Shown one piece after another: positions 43,843 to 52,573 of a stretch of 55,810 bases of DNA. Below the pieces are notes generated by a model. It was given only the letters and a program-made list of their open reading frames with translations. It ran no database searches and was not told the DNA's origin. The position numbers and the translations under genes were made by a program. Source of the DNA: a virus. Each line of letters begins with the position of its first letter. Within the stretch, counting starts at the first letter, position 1. The stretch lies in IMG/VR virus record IMGVR_UViG_3300011008_000142; one strand, 5' to 3'.

Positions 43843-43999
43843 TCTTCTGCATGCCCTCCATTACGATCTGCTCCGGCACGAACTCCTTTACGTCGTACAC
43901 CCGGATGCCGCCCAGGTGTTCAAGCGCCTGGGCGATCGCCTCCTTGGTCCCCTGCTGCATGCCGGGCGGACAGTCGGCGTAGATCGTGATGATCAGCAT
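43808..43999 (-). CDS. Hypothetical small protein (63 aa)
   Basis: ORF overlapping both neighbours by a few codons. Confidence 0.4.
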   Translation of the reverse strand: MLIITIYADCPPGMQQGTKEAIAQALEHLGGIRVYDVKEFVPEQIVMEGMQKNEVHHPSHIQR

Positions 44000-45384
44000 T
44001 CGGGCTCCTCACCGGCGTGGAAGCAGGGATGGTCCCCGCAGAGCCATTCAGCCTCTTCCGTGCTGGGCTCATAGCCCATCTTCGTAAGCCAGCGATACAG
44101 AAGCTCTGCCTGCCCCTTCCGCTCCCAGCGGGGAAATTCGCTCCTGCTTCCGACGCCGGTCAGATTCAGCCTGATGCCGTCGCCGAAGATATACTGGACG
44201 ACCTTCGGAAGATCCTTATCCTGGACCTCGGTGATCGCCTCCCCCACCTTGACGGAGAAGTCGCGCTTCCAGGCCTCCGCCGTATCCAAACCCATCATAT
44301 TCCGGATATCCCGACCGCCGCTGTCGGTCACATAGCACAGGTGCCGGATCAAGGCTGCGTTCACCATGCCGTACATCATCTCGAAACGGTCGGCGTTGGT
44401 CAGTTTGGTGATCCCGTCCACAAAGGCCGTCCGCAGCTCATAGAATTCCTTGGCCTTCGCGTCCACCAGCTCCCAGGCCTCCCGGACCGCCTTCTCTCTG
44501 GCGCGCTGCTCCGGGGATTTCTCTTCCCGCGGCGCTTTGGCCTTTTTCTTCTTCAGATACAGGGTGCCGTAGCTGATGTAGTAGAAGATCGGCTCTTCCA
44601 CAGTCTCCGGGAGCGTTTCGCCGGGATCTCCAAGCTTCGTGATTTCGATACGGCTGGCACCGGGCCAGTCCTCGTATTTCCCGGACCATTTATCGCTGTC
44701 CTTCAGCTCCTTGGCCTTGACCGACTTCAGCCAGGCCTCCACCGTCGGAAGGTTGCGGGAGATCTTCTGCGCCCGGAGGGCTCCGTTCACGGCCATGTCG
44801 AAATCCCTGGTGCCGATTTTTCCCAGAACCTCGTTCCGGGCCTCCAGATCCTCGATCTCCGCCAGGCGGTCAAAATCACCCAGAGTGAGCTGCCGTTCCT
44901 CGTCAGCGACCACCGCCCGGAGCTTGTCCTTGTCCAGCTCGGCCATCTTCAGCCGCCGCCGCACCGTGGTGGTGGAGAAGCCCGTCCGCTCCACGATATC
45001 CGCCGGGGTATCTCCCAGGTCAATCATCATCTGGAACCCCTGGGCCTCGTCGAAGGCAGTCATGTTCTCCCGGACGATGTTCTCCGTCATCATGGCTCGG
45101 AGCTGCTGGATGCCGACCATGGATCGGATGACGCAGGGGACCGTTTCCAGCCCCGCCAGCTTTGCCGCTGCGTGACGGCGGTGACCGGCCACAATGGTGT
45201 AGGTGCCCGTGGGATCGCCGGTAAGTTCTCCAACATCCGTCACGACGATCAGGGGTTCCAACACCCCCATCTGCTTCATGGATGACGCCAGCTCCGCCAC
45301 GTCGCCCACGCCAGCCCGTGGGTTTTTCGGATTGCTTCGCAATGCAGTCACGGGGATCTGAATAATCAGTTCGTTTTCGCTCAT
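43993..45384 (-). CDS. ParB N-terminal-domain protein (463 aa)
   Basis: IPVTALRSNPKNPR...MKQMGVLEPLIV...YTIVAGHRRHAAAKLAGLETVPCVI (ParB box). Confidence 0.8.
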   Translation of the reverse strand: MSENELIIQIPVTALRSNPKNPRAGVGDVAELASSMKQMGVLEPLIVVTDVGELTGDPTGTYTIVAGHRRHAAAKLAGLETVPCVIRSMVGIQQLRAMMTENIVRENMTAFDEAQGFQMMIDLGDTPADIVERTGFSTTTVRRRLKMAELDKDKLRAVVADEERQLTLGDFDRLAEIEDLEARNEVLGKIGTRDFDMAVNGALRAQKISRNLPTVEAWLKSVKAKELKDSDKWSGKYEDWPGASRIEITKLGDPGETLPETVEEPIFYYISYGTLYLKKKKAKAPREEKSPEQRAREKAVREAWELVDAKAKEFYELRTAFVDGITKLTNADRFEMMYGMVNAALIRHLCYVTDSGGRDIRNMMGLDTAEAWKRDFSVKVGEAITEVQDKDLPKVVQYIFGDGIRLNLTGVGSRSEFPRWERKGQAELLYRWLTKMGYEPSTEEAEWLCGDHPCFHAGEEPEC

Positions 45385-45768
45385 TTAGTGCTTCCTTTCT
45401 ACTGGAATATCATTTTCGTGTTTCCGGGAGGGCCGCAGCCGATATACGGCCTCATAGAAGTCGTCGGCCTCGGCAGTGCGTCCCTCGGACTTCGCATAGA
45501 CGGTGGCTGCGTGCTCCACCCGCCGCCAGAACGCCGCCCAGTTCATTTGGACCATATCGGCGTCGGCCAGCTTGCGCGCGAGCGCGTCCTTTTGGTCGAT
45601 TGCCTGACGCTTCTTCACAGCGCAGATCTCTTTCGGGAATTTCTTCATCCGGTACAGGCGGTATATCTCCCGGAGCTCGAAGAACAGAAGCCGATCCGGT
45701 GGATCAAGCTCCAGCTCGGCGGGGTCAGCCTCGTCGATGGCAAGATGGGAAATGAGTTCTTCGTCCAT
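45385..45768 (-). CDS. Hypothetical protein (127 aa)
   Basis: ORF abutting the parB-like start; helical composition. Confidence 0.5.
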   Translation of the reverse strand: MDEELISHLAIDEADPAELELDPPDRLLFFELREIYRLYRMKKFPKEICAVKKRQAIDQKDALARKLADADMVQMNWAAFWRRVEHAATVYAKSEGRTAEADDFYEAVYRLRPSRKHENDIPVERKH

Positions 45769-45777
45769 GGCGTCACC

Positions 45778-46689
45778 TCAGAAAAATGTCAGCTGCCCGG
45801 TCGCGGTCTCCGCGTACACAGGCATCGGTGTTTCCTCTGGATTCTCGGTGATCTCCGGCGGCGCGGGCAGCTCCAGGGGCGAGGGCTCGGTAACCGCCTC
45901 TGTCGGCCTCTCCGCGGCCCCCAGCGCGGCCATCTGGTTTATCGCTATATCCAGCATCGCCCACTGCCTCCGGTGATACCACACGTCGCGGAAAAACATA
46001 GGGGTGTACCAGATGGTGCCGTTGTCCACAGGAAGCAGGCACTTTCTGTCATGCGACGTGAGCGGTTCCGTGATGCTGTTCCCGATCTTCACATAACCGG
46101 GAGCTCCTATGAGACTGAGCTGCAGGTAGCACATGAGGCCTACCGTATAATCAATATCCTGCGCCGTGAACAGCACGTCCGTCTGGTAGTTCACCTTCTG
46201 TGCCAGGCACTCGTTGGCAAACGCCACGAGGAGCGCCCCGGCGCCGCAGGCGCAGTCGTTCACGGATATGAACCCGTCCCGCTCCACACGGCCCTTGATG
46301 TCCGGTTCCGTGATCTTCGCCATGAGCTTGCATACATGGTACGGGGTGAAGAACTGCCCCGCGTGGTCATTGCTCAGCTCCAGGTTCATGAACAGGTCGC
46401 CGAGGAAGTCCTGATCCGGGTTTACATCGATTGCCACGATCATCTGCGCCAGCATGTCGGAAAAGACGTTCATCTCCGCGCTGTTGTACCGTTTGGCAAG
46501 GGTCATATAGGTCTTTTCCCGCTCCTCGGCGTGGGCCAGATCCACCGTGTTCGATATGGCAATGGCGGACATGGATATGAAATCGCTCCACACCTGCCAG
46601 CGGTTGTGCCGGTCGCAGAGAGCGGAGAAGGTCTTGACCAGCTCCTTCTGCCGCTCGCCGCGGACCATCCGCACCTGCTTCCGGCTCAT
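45778..46689 (-). CDS. N6-DNA-methyltransferase-like SAM-binding protein with no recognisable (D/N)PP(Y/F) motif
   Basis: GQFFTPYHVCKLMAKI and VNDCACGAGALLVAF (HsdM-like motifs X/I). No NPPF/DPPY found by eye downstream. Confidence 0.55.
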   Translation of the reverse strand: MSRKQVRMVRGERQKELVKTFSALCDRHNRWQVWSDFISMSAIAISNTVDLAHAEEREKTYMTLAKRYNSAEMNVFSDMLAQMIVAIDVNPDQDFLGDLFMNLELSNDHAGQFFTPYHVCKLMAKITEPDIKGRVERDGFISVNDCACGAGALLVAFANECLAQKVNYQTDVLFTAQDIDYTVGLMCYLQLSLIGAPGYVKIGNSITEPLTSHDRKCLLPVDNGTIWYTPMFFRDVWYHRRQWAMLDIAINQMAALGAAERPTEAVTEPSPLELPAPPEITENPEETPMPVYAETATGQLTFF

Positions 46690-46746
46690 GAGTACAGCCC
46701 CGGGCTATCTGTCAGGCAAAAGTAAGTGGTGCTGCCGAGGTAAAAA

Positions 46747-47214
46747 TCATGATATGTAACCACCGTACCGCGCCCCTGCTGCCAGTTCTATGTAGTGCTC
46801 TTCCGGCTGCATTCTATCCCAGCCGGGCTCATGTACCGGGGCATACTGCCGGGGGTTGTCCTGCATCAGAACCGCCTCGATAGTGTCCGGGAATTCCACC
46901 GAATCTACCCGGTTCAGAACAACCTCTCCGATGGCCATGATCGCCCAGTCGGGCCATTCGTGACCGTCCTCCGCTGCCATGATCTTCGCCAGCAGTGTGA
47001 CATCATCAGATGAAAACGGTGATACGGGCTCGGTAACGGGTTCCTGGGGAAACGTGATTGCTTCCAAGGTCACTACATGAAGCGTGTCCTCCTCGGCGAC
47101 CACGGGGGCAGGAATCGCCTCCTGGGGCGGCTCCGTGCTTCGCTCCCAGACCAGAGCCCCGAGGAACGCCAGCAGCATGATCGCCAGCGTACCCAGCCAC
47201 TTAGCTTTCGTCAT
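46747..47214 (-). CDS. SleB-like cell-wall hydrolase with N-terminal signal/anchor
   Basis: Start MTKAKW after GGAGGCAGACG. TM WLGTLAIMLLAFLGALVW. LLAKIMAAE...IGEVVLNRVDSVEFPDTIEAVL...QYAP matches the Hydrolase_2/SleB pattern. Confidence 0.65.
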   Translation of the reverse strand: MTKAKWLGTLAIMLLAFLGALVWERSTEPPQEAIPAPVVAEEDTLHVVTLEAITFPQEPVTEPVSPFSSDDVTLLAKIMAAEDGHEWPDWAIMAIGEVVLNRVDSVEFPDTIEAVLMQDNPRQYAPVHEPGWDRMQPEEHYIELAAGARYGGYIS

Positions 47215-47485
47215 CGTCTGCCTCCACATCCGGCCCTTTAATGACCATGGACTCAGCTGACAGCATCAGGAGATCGTAAACGTAGCTGTCATACTCGGTG
47301 AAGTTCGCCTTCATCCCGGCCGCCATAGCCTCCATCACATAGACCAGAAGGGCCAAGTCACATTCCTTGAAGCTGTTGACGAATTCCTCGACCTGCGCAC
47401 CGACGCCACCGCAGCAGATCTCCAGTTGGTGGTTGACCTGATCCAGGGCATCAATCAGATCTTCTGAAAAGAAAGGCTCATTCAT
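47201..47485 (-). CDS. Hypothetical acidic protein (94 aa)
   Basis: Start at MNEPFF after GGAGGATGAAGCCG. Confidence 0.45.
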   Translation of the reverse strand: MNEPFFSEDLIDALDQVNHQLEICCGGVGAQVEEFVNSFKECDLALLVYVMEAMAAGMKANFTEYDSYVYDLLMLSAESMVIKGPDVEADDDES

Positions 47486-47570
47486 CGGCTTCATCCTCCA
47501 GCAGATCGTCATCATCCTCCGGGATGTCCAGTTCTTCGGACAGATCGTCATCGTCCAGCTCCTCCAAAGG

Positions 47571-47969
47571 CTACACATCAGGATCCTTTTCCGGCGGCAT
47601 CAAACGGACGTCCATACCGTTCTCGATCTGATACCGGAAGAAGTGCTCCACCCAGCACAGGTGGATATTCTTGTACAGGTTCTTCAGCTTGGAGAACAGC
47701 GTGTCGCTGATGGTGAAGGTGTCCGAGGTCTTCCAGCTCAGATCCCCGTCCTCCATGGAGAAGGACAGGTACGCCTCCGGGCTCATATAGGCCTTCTCGT
47801 CCGCCATCTCCAGCATCGCCAGCTGCTCTCCCACGCCGCTCAGCGGCTTGACGGTCAGCCGGATAGGATACTGGGTCCTCTTGAAGGAGAACACCAGCCC
47901 GTTCTCATTGCAGATACCCTCCAGCTTCTTGTAATAGCTCTCAAATTTTGCGTACTCAGTCATTTTCAT
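47571..47969 (-). CDS. Hypothetical protein (132 aa)
   Basis: ORF with protein-like composition. Confidence 0.5.
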   Translation of the reverse strand: MKMTEYAKFESYYKKLEGICNENGLVFSFKRTQYPIRLTVKPLSGVGEQLAMLEMADEKAYMSPEAYLSFSMEDGDLSWKTSDTFTISDTLFSKLKNLYKNIHLCWVEHFFRYQIENGMDVRLMPPEKDPDV

Positions 47970-47978
47970 AAGCTCCTT

Positions 47979-48491
47979 TCAGCTCAAAATCATCAGTCGG
48001 CCATTTCGCACATCCACCAGAAAATCAATCAGATCTTCCTCCCGGACGTACTTCCGGCCAAATCGTTCTTTCATCCCGGCCCACACCTTCCAGGGGATGC
48101 GGTAGACCCGCCCGGAGGCGAAGCCGGCGATCACATAGCACCGGGCGCCCAGCGCCTGGTGGCGGTTGAGGTACTCCGTCTGTGAGGGGAGCACCCGGGT
48201 CTGTTCCAGCCGGTCACCGGTGGTGTACTTTGCCTCGAACATCACCGAGCGCCCGCCTCGGATCGTGCCGGTGAAATCCGGCTGTGCCTTTTTGGTGAAG
48301 CAGGCCAGGAACTGGCCCCGCCCCGTGCTCCGAAGCACCTTCATCGGCTCCGGCGTCTTTTCGATGCTGGCCATGCCGCGCAGCTGATACCAGCTGAATG
48401 CTTCCTGCAGCCGGTCCTCGAATGCCTTACCCTGGGCCTTGGCCTCGGCGCCCTGGCGGTGCCGATCAACGGGTGGTTTATTTTGCTTCAT
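47979..48491 (-). CDS. RecU-like Holliday junction resolvase
   Basis: GKAFEDRLQEAFSWY...ASIEKTPEP...DFTGTIRGGRSVMFEAKYT pattern of RecU-type nucleases. Confidence 0.55.
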   Translation of the reverse strand: MKQNKPPVDRHRQGAEAKAQGKAFEDRLQEAFSWYQLRGMASIEKTPEPMKVLRSTGRGQFLACFTKKAQPDFTGTIRGGRSVMFEAKYTTGDRLEQTRVLPSQTEYLNRHQALGARCYVIAGFASGRVYRIPWKVWAGMKERFGRKYVREEDLIDFLVDVRNGRLMILS

Positions 48492-49000
48492 GAAGTTGTC
48501 CTTTCCGGAATGAGGGCTGATTTTCCAGGTAGGGCTTTCCTTTGACGAATAACCTTTTTCGCTGTTGTGAGAATTGCATCAACATTCCACATCTGACCGC
48601 CACTTTTCAGATTTTGGACGAGGTTGTTTATCCCGCCCATCTCGTCGATGACGCTCTTGATCTCATCGCCCTCCGAAAGTCCTTCGTACATCGCTTCAAG
48701 CGACCCGCTCAGAAGTTCCTTTTGCCTAATGGCATAGAAGATGTTTTTCGCATTTTTCTCGATATCTTCTGTCACCGCAACAGCGGCCGCCCGGAACTCC
48801 GCAATCGTCGGAGGAAATGCGCATTCTTTGCACACACGGAATACAGCCTGCTGTCCTGTCCAGAAGTCGATATCCTCCATACATCGTGACCAAAGAGCAA
48901 TCGTCGGCCCAAGTTTTTCAATACCCCCCTTGAACATTTCTGCACGAGGATAGGCCAGCATCAGCACAGAGAAGATCTCTGTCATTTCCTTTCGCGTCAT
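48488..49000 (-). CDS. Helicase loader/inhibitor, SPP1 G39P-like
   Basis: IFSVLMLAYPRAEMF...IALWSRCMEDIDF...AFPPTIAEF matches the G39P-family pattern. Confidence 0.55.
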   Translation of the reverse strand: MTRKEMTEIFSVLMLAYPRAEMFKGGIEKLGPTIALWSRCMEDIDFWTGQQAVFRVCKECAFPPTIAEFRAAAVAVTEDIEKNAKNIFYAIRQKELLSGSLEAMYEGLSEGDEIKSVIDEMGGINNLVQNLKSGGQMWNVDAILTTAKKVIRQRKALPGKSALIPERTTS

Positions 49001-49812
49001 TCTCCATCCTCCTCGAACATGTCATGCAAGGTACGCAAATCATCCATGGGCGTTCTCTTTACTCTTGGCTCCGTTTCTGCATCATGAAGAGGAAAGACTC
49101 CCTGCCAATTATGAAAAATGCTTTGCTCCAGAATGGCTATCCACTGTTCTCTCGGAAACGCTTCCAGCTTTGTCACCAGCATGGACTTCGCCCGGTCTGA
49201 CAGCGGTTTTTTGATACTCTTCCGCATCTGTTCAAAATCCCGAAGAGCTTTTAAAAGGTCGGGATCATCGCTCGCCAGGGCGGAAAAGGCGTCAGCCTTT
49301 TTCCTCTTATCTCTCGTATCTTTATCTCTAATCTCTAATCTCTTATCTCTATCTCTATCTCTAATATCTATCTCTGTGTGGACATTTTCGTGGACATTGT
49401 CCACACCTGTGTCCACAGGCGGGAGCGCCGGAGTATTTTTCCGCTGGACCTGTTTTTGTCTCGCATAGTCCGTTTCACTTCCGACAAGGTTTTGGTGGTC
49501 GGTAAGTACCAGCGTCCCGTCTACGTCCTCGTATATGAGACCGAAAGACTGAAAGAGCTTTAGAGCCACACGGATGGTATCGGCAGAGAAGTATTTGCAG
49601 TCCCGTTGAATCTTCTCGACGTCATACGGAATGATGATTTCTCCGATCTGGCGGGAGAGCCGGCCATCCGTGTTGATGGTTTTGAGACAAAGCATCTGAT
49701 AAAGAACGACATAGTTGGCGCCGTCCGGCTGGCTCATGAGGTAGTCCACGGTATCGGAGTTCATGAAAGACTCTTTGAGCTTGATCCAGAAATACCGTTT
49801 TCCTGTAGCCAT
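48997..49812 (-). CDS. Phage replisome organizer (N-terminal domain family)
   Basis: KRYFWIKLKESFMNSDTVDYLMSQPDGANYVVLYQMLCLKT matches the replisome organizer N-domain. Internal DNA iterons. Confidence 0.75.
   Translation of the reverse strand: MATGKRYFWIKLKESFMNSDTVDYLMSQPDGANYVVLYQMLCLKTINTDGRLSRQIGEIIIPYDVEKIQRDCKYFSADTIRVALKLFQSFGLIYEDVDGTLVLTDHQNLVGSETDYARQKQVQRKNTPALPPVDTGVDNVHENVHTEIDIRDRDRDKRLEIRDKDTRDKRKKADAFSALASDDPDLLKALRDFEQMRKSIKKPLSDRAKSMLVTKLEAFPREQWIAILEQSIFHNWQGVFPLHDAETEPRVKRTPMDDLRTLHDMFEEDGE
49300..49420. repeat. Candidate replication origin: TCTCT-type short tandem repeats plus GTGGACA direct/inverted iterons inside the organizer gene
   Basis: ttatctct/aatctct units across 49306..49375. 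GTGGACA at 49378 and 49390; TGTCCACA at 49398 and 49410. Confidence 0.55.
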
Positions 49813-49825
49813 GTCTTACCTCCGA

Positions 49826-50386
49826 TCAGATCGGCAGCTCCCCGTCATCGTCCAGTTCCGAGAACTGGCCACCGGCCGGCGGCATCCCGTATCCGCCCTG
49901 CTGGTAATTCTGCGGGGGCGGTGCACCGTAGCCCTGCTGGGGCGGGTATCCGTTCTGAGGCTGACTGTAACCCTGGGGCGGCTGGGAATATCCCTGCCGG
50001 TAGTCGGCGCCGCCGTAAGAACCCTGGGGCTGACCGTAACCGCCGCTCTGACCGCTGCTGTCCTGCTTCTTCTCGCAGAAGCTGGCCTCATCCAGAACGA
50101 CCTCGGTGGAGTACCGCTTGTTTCCGTTCTGATCCGTCCATTCCCGCTTCTGCAGGCGGCCCCGGCAGATAATCATGGAGCCCTTTTTGAAATACTTACT
50201 GATGAATTCGGCGGTCTGCCGCCAGGCTACACAGTCGATGAAGTCCACCGGGTAGTCCTGCGCTCCCTCCGATTTCACATTCCGCTGGCAGGCAAGGCCG
50301 AAGGAGAGCACCGCCGTCTGCGACTGGGTATAGCGCAGCTCCGGATCCCGCGTGAGCCTGCCCTGAATCACAACTGAATTGATCAT
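49826..50386 (-). CDS. ssb: Single-stranded DNA-binding protein
   Basis: OB-fold MINSVVIQGRLTRDPELRYT...CVAWRQTAE, Gly/Gln/Tyr/Pro-rich linker, acidic tip DDDGELPI. Confidence 0.9.
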   Translation of the reverse strand: MINSVVIQGRLTRDPELRYTQSQTAVLSFGLACQRNVKSEGAQDYPVDFIDCVAWRQTAEFISKYFKKGSMIICRGRLQKREWTDQNGNKRYSTEVVLDEASFCEKKQDSSGQSGGYGQPQGSYGGADYRQGYSQPPQGYSQPQNGYPPQQGYGAPPPQNYQQGGYGMPPAGGQFSELDDDGELPI

Positions 50387-50928
50387 GTCTTTGTCCTTTC
50401 TTGCTCCTCCCAGAGCGCTTTCCGTCTGGCCAGCTCCTCGGGAGTATCGGTTTCGATGCCCAGCTCCTGGGCTTCGGAAATGGCGCCGTCTATCAGACGG
50501 GCCATTTCCTTGGTATCCATGTCGCTGGTGTGCTTGTAAAACAGGTAGCAGTCGAAGATCTTATCGTTCTCGATCTTGGTTTCCACGTACCGGACATAGG
50601 GCCAGTATTTGGTGATGTCCACCTTGTGGGGCACCTTCACCCCGGCCATCAGGCCGTTCTCGTCCTTGTCGATGGCGCCGTAGGATTCCACCAGCCGTTT
50701 CTTTACCTGGTCATCGCTCTCGCCGGTCTCGGCGGCGATTTTATTGACCAGGATGTGAAAATAGGCGTTGGCGTTTTTCGAGCGCTTCTCCCGATGCTGC
50801 TTGATTTCGATGTCCAGATCCTTGTCCCGGAGCGCATCGGCCCGGGAGCGGAAGTCCCCGTCGATCTCCACCGTGATCTGCTGCTTCCCGTTAATCCCTC
50901 TGGCGAAGTTGATCAGCCGGCCTCTCAT
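50383..50928 (-). CDS. NinB/Orf-like recombination mediator candidate
   Basis: ATG chosen at the ATGA overlap. IKQHREKRSKNANAYFHILVNKIA and TSDMDTKEMARLIDGAISEAQELGI mirror the NinB architecture. Confidence 0.45.
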   Translation of the reverse strand: MRGRLINFARGINGKQQITVEIDGDFRSRADALRDKDLDIEIKQHREKRSKNANAYFHILVNKIAAETGESDDQVKKRLVESYGAIDKDENGLMAGVKVPHKVDITKYWPYVRYVETKIENDKIFDCYLFYKHTSDMDTKEMARLIDGAISEAQELGIETDTPEELARRKALWEEQERTKT

Positions 50929-51575
50929 GCGGCAAGCCAATGCTCCCGGTAAATCCCCGTGAGCCCCTGGATCTCCAGCCAGAGATAGAACTCGTCGATG
51001 GTCTTGATGATGTCCGGCGTTTCATCCCGGCGGTAAGTCTCGGTCCATACATCGGTGCCATTGCTGATGATGTAGGTGAAATCCACGGCCTCCGGGATCA
51101 GCTTCATGTACATCGGGTGCTGGGTGCTGTCGATGTACTTGCCTCGGTCATAGCTCTTGCTGAATTTGATGTCGTAGATATGCCCGCCCCGGAGAGCGTC
51201 CAAGCGGCCATACAGGAGCGCGTCCTGGTTGCCTATCGGGAATACGGACTTTGCCACAAGCTGCAGCTGCGCCCCATGAATGATCTCTGCGACGGCCGTG
51301 GCTGCCGAATACCAGCGGTCCTCTTCGATTGCCGCGGGGATCTCGATGCTGCCGTCCAGCAGCGGGTGATCCTGCGCGTACAGAATGTCCGTCACCATCT
51401 GCTCGAAGCGGATGCCGTTCCGCATGGCCTCGGTGGTCTCCGTGGGCTCCCGGCGAAGCACTTGCATGAATTCGGCGAAGGGGTCCCGCTCCGTAGTGAG
51501 ATCTTCGTAAGGGTTATCCTTCATCGTGTATTTCCACGACGCCAGCAGGGAATGGGTCACAAGGTAGCGGCTCAT
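50925..51575 (-). CDS. PD-(D/E)XK-family nuclease
   Basis: YGRLDAL..GHIYDIKFSK (D...D-x-K) core. Confidence 0.55.
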   Translation of the reverse strand: MSRYLVTHSLLASWKYTMKDNPYEDLTTERDPFAEFMQVLRREPTETTEAMRNGIRFEQMVTDILYAQDHPLLDGSIEIPAAIEEDRWYSAATAVAEIIHGAQLQLVAKSVFPIGNQDALLYGRLDALRGGHIYDIKFSKSYDRGKYIDSTQHPMYMKLIPEAVDFTYIISNGTDVWTETYRRDETPDIIKTIDEFYLWLEIQGLTGIYREHWLAA

Positions 51576-51576
51576 G

Positions 51577-52572
51577 TCAGCCCTCCGTTCCCTCCGGCGC
51601 AGGGCGTACCCACTGCTTTGTTTCCCGATCAGCGATCAGCCCGATCTCCCGCATGCGGGCATTCCACAGGCTGTTCAGCTCCCGCCTGGATGTCATAGCC
51701 TCCGGCAGCTGCTGGAAGGCGGTGTACAGAGTATTGGCCGTTACTTCATCGGTAACGTTCTCGATGATGGCCTTGCCCCTGGTCATAGCGTCCTCATAGG
51801 CTACTTTTGCCTCGGCTGCAGCTTTGGCCTCGCCCTCGGAGATCGCGTTGTACTGGTCGAACAGATTGGCCAGGAAGTTGTTGGGGACGCCTGGCGCCAG
51901 CTCAGGGATCGGCATCACGCCATGGATGCCGCGGGTGCCCTTGGCGAAGTACCGCTCGCAGTTGGAGAAACCAATGGTGCGGACGTTCCCGCGCATCTCC
52001 ATGAAGCCTCCCAGATCCATGACCTCCCATACGGAGTTCTTGGAGCTACCTTCGGCCTTGATGCGGAGGCGGGTGTCATCGCCGTCCTTATCCTCCACCG
52101 CGTGGAAGACAATCACGATGTGCTTGTCCAGCTGATAGATGCAGTGATCGAGGAACCGCTGGAACTCCCGGCCGAGCCAGCCGTAGCCCTTCAAGGACAG
52201 GCTTCCGTCACGCTGGCCATATTTCGGCTCAATGGTCTTCCCGTACTGGCCCATGATGGTGAGGAGCTTACCGCCGGTATCAACGACGATGGTCTCGAAG
52301 TCCTTCAGGGCGTCCTTGACCTGGATCAGCTCCACGTCGGAGCAGCCGATGCCAAGATCCTTCCGCAGCTCCTTGTAATCCTTCGGCTGGGTGACGCCGG
52401 CAGCCATGTTCAACACATCCCGGTTGATGCGTTCCGCCGACAGGTCGACGTCTATGTACAGCGGCTTCGGCGCAGAAAGCGCCAGGGTGGTCTTGCCGAT
52501 GCCGGGATAACCGGCGATCAGCATGCGGATCTTCTTATCCGCGAAGGTCAGACGTTCGGGTTTTACGATCAT
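51577..52572 (-). CDS. AAA_24/Sak4-like recombination ATPase
   Basis: IRMLIAGYPGIGKTTLA (Walker A) near the N-terminus. Size and context match phage Sak4-type proteins. Confidence 0.7.
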   Translation of the reverse strand: MIVKPERLTFADKKIRMLIAGYPGIGKTTLALSAPKPLYIDVDLSAERINRDVLNMAAGVTQPKDYKELRKDLGIGCSDVELIQVKDALKDFETIVVDTGGKLLTIMGQYGKTIEPKYGQRDGSLSLKGYGWLGREFQRFLDHCIYQLDKHIVIVFHAVEDKDGDDTRLRIKAEGSSKNSVWEVMDLGGFMEMRGNVRTIGFSNCERYFAKGTRGIHGVMPIPELAPGVPNNFLANLFDQYNAISEGEAKAAAEAKVAYEDAMTRGKAIIENVTDEVTANTLYTAFQQLPEAMTSRRELNSLWNARMREIGLIADRETKQWVRPAPEGTEG

Positions 52573-52573
52573 T

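Noticed and set aside
49300-49375. CRISPR-like or microsatellite array (TCTCT repeats)
   Set aside because: The units are 6-8 bp with no spacers, and they lie inside an intact reading frame of the replisome organizer. This fits origin iterons or low-complexity coding sequence, not CRISPR.
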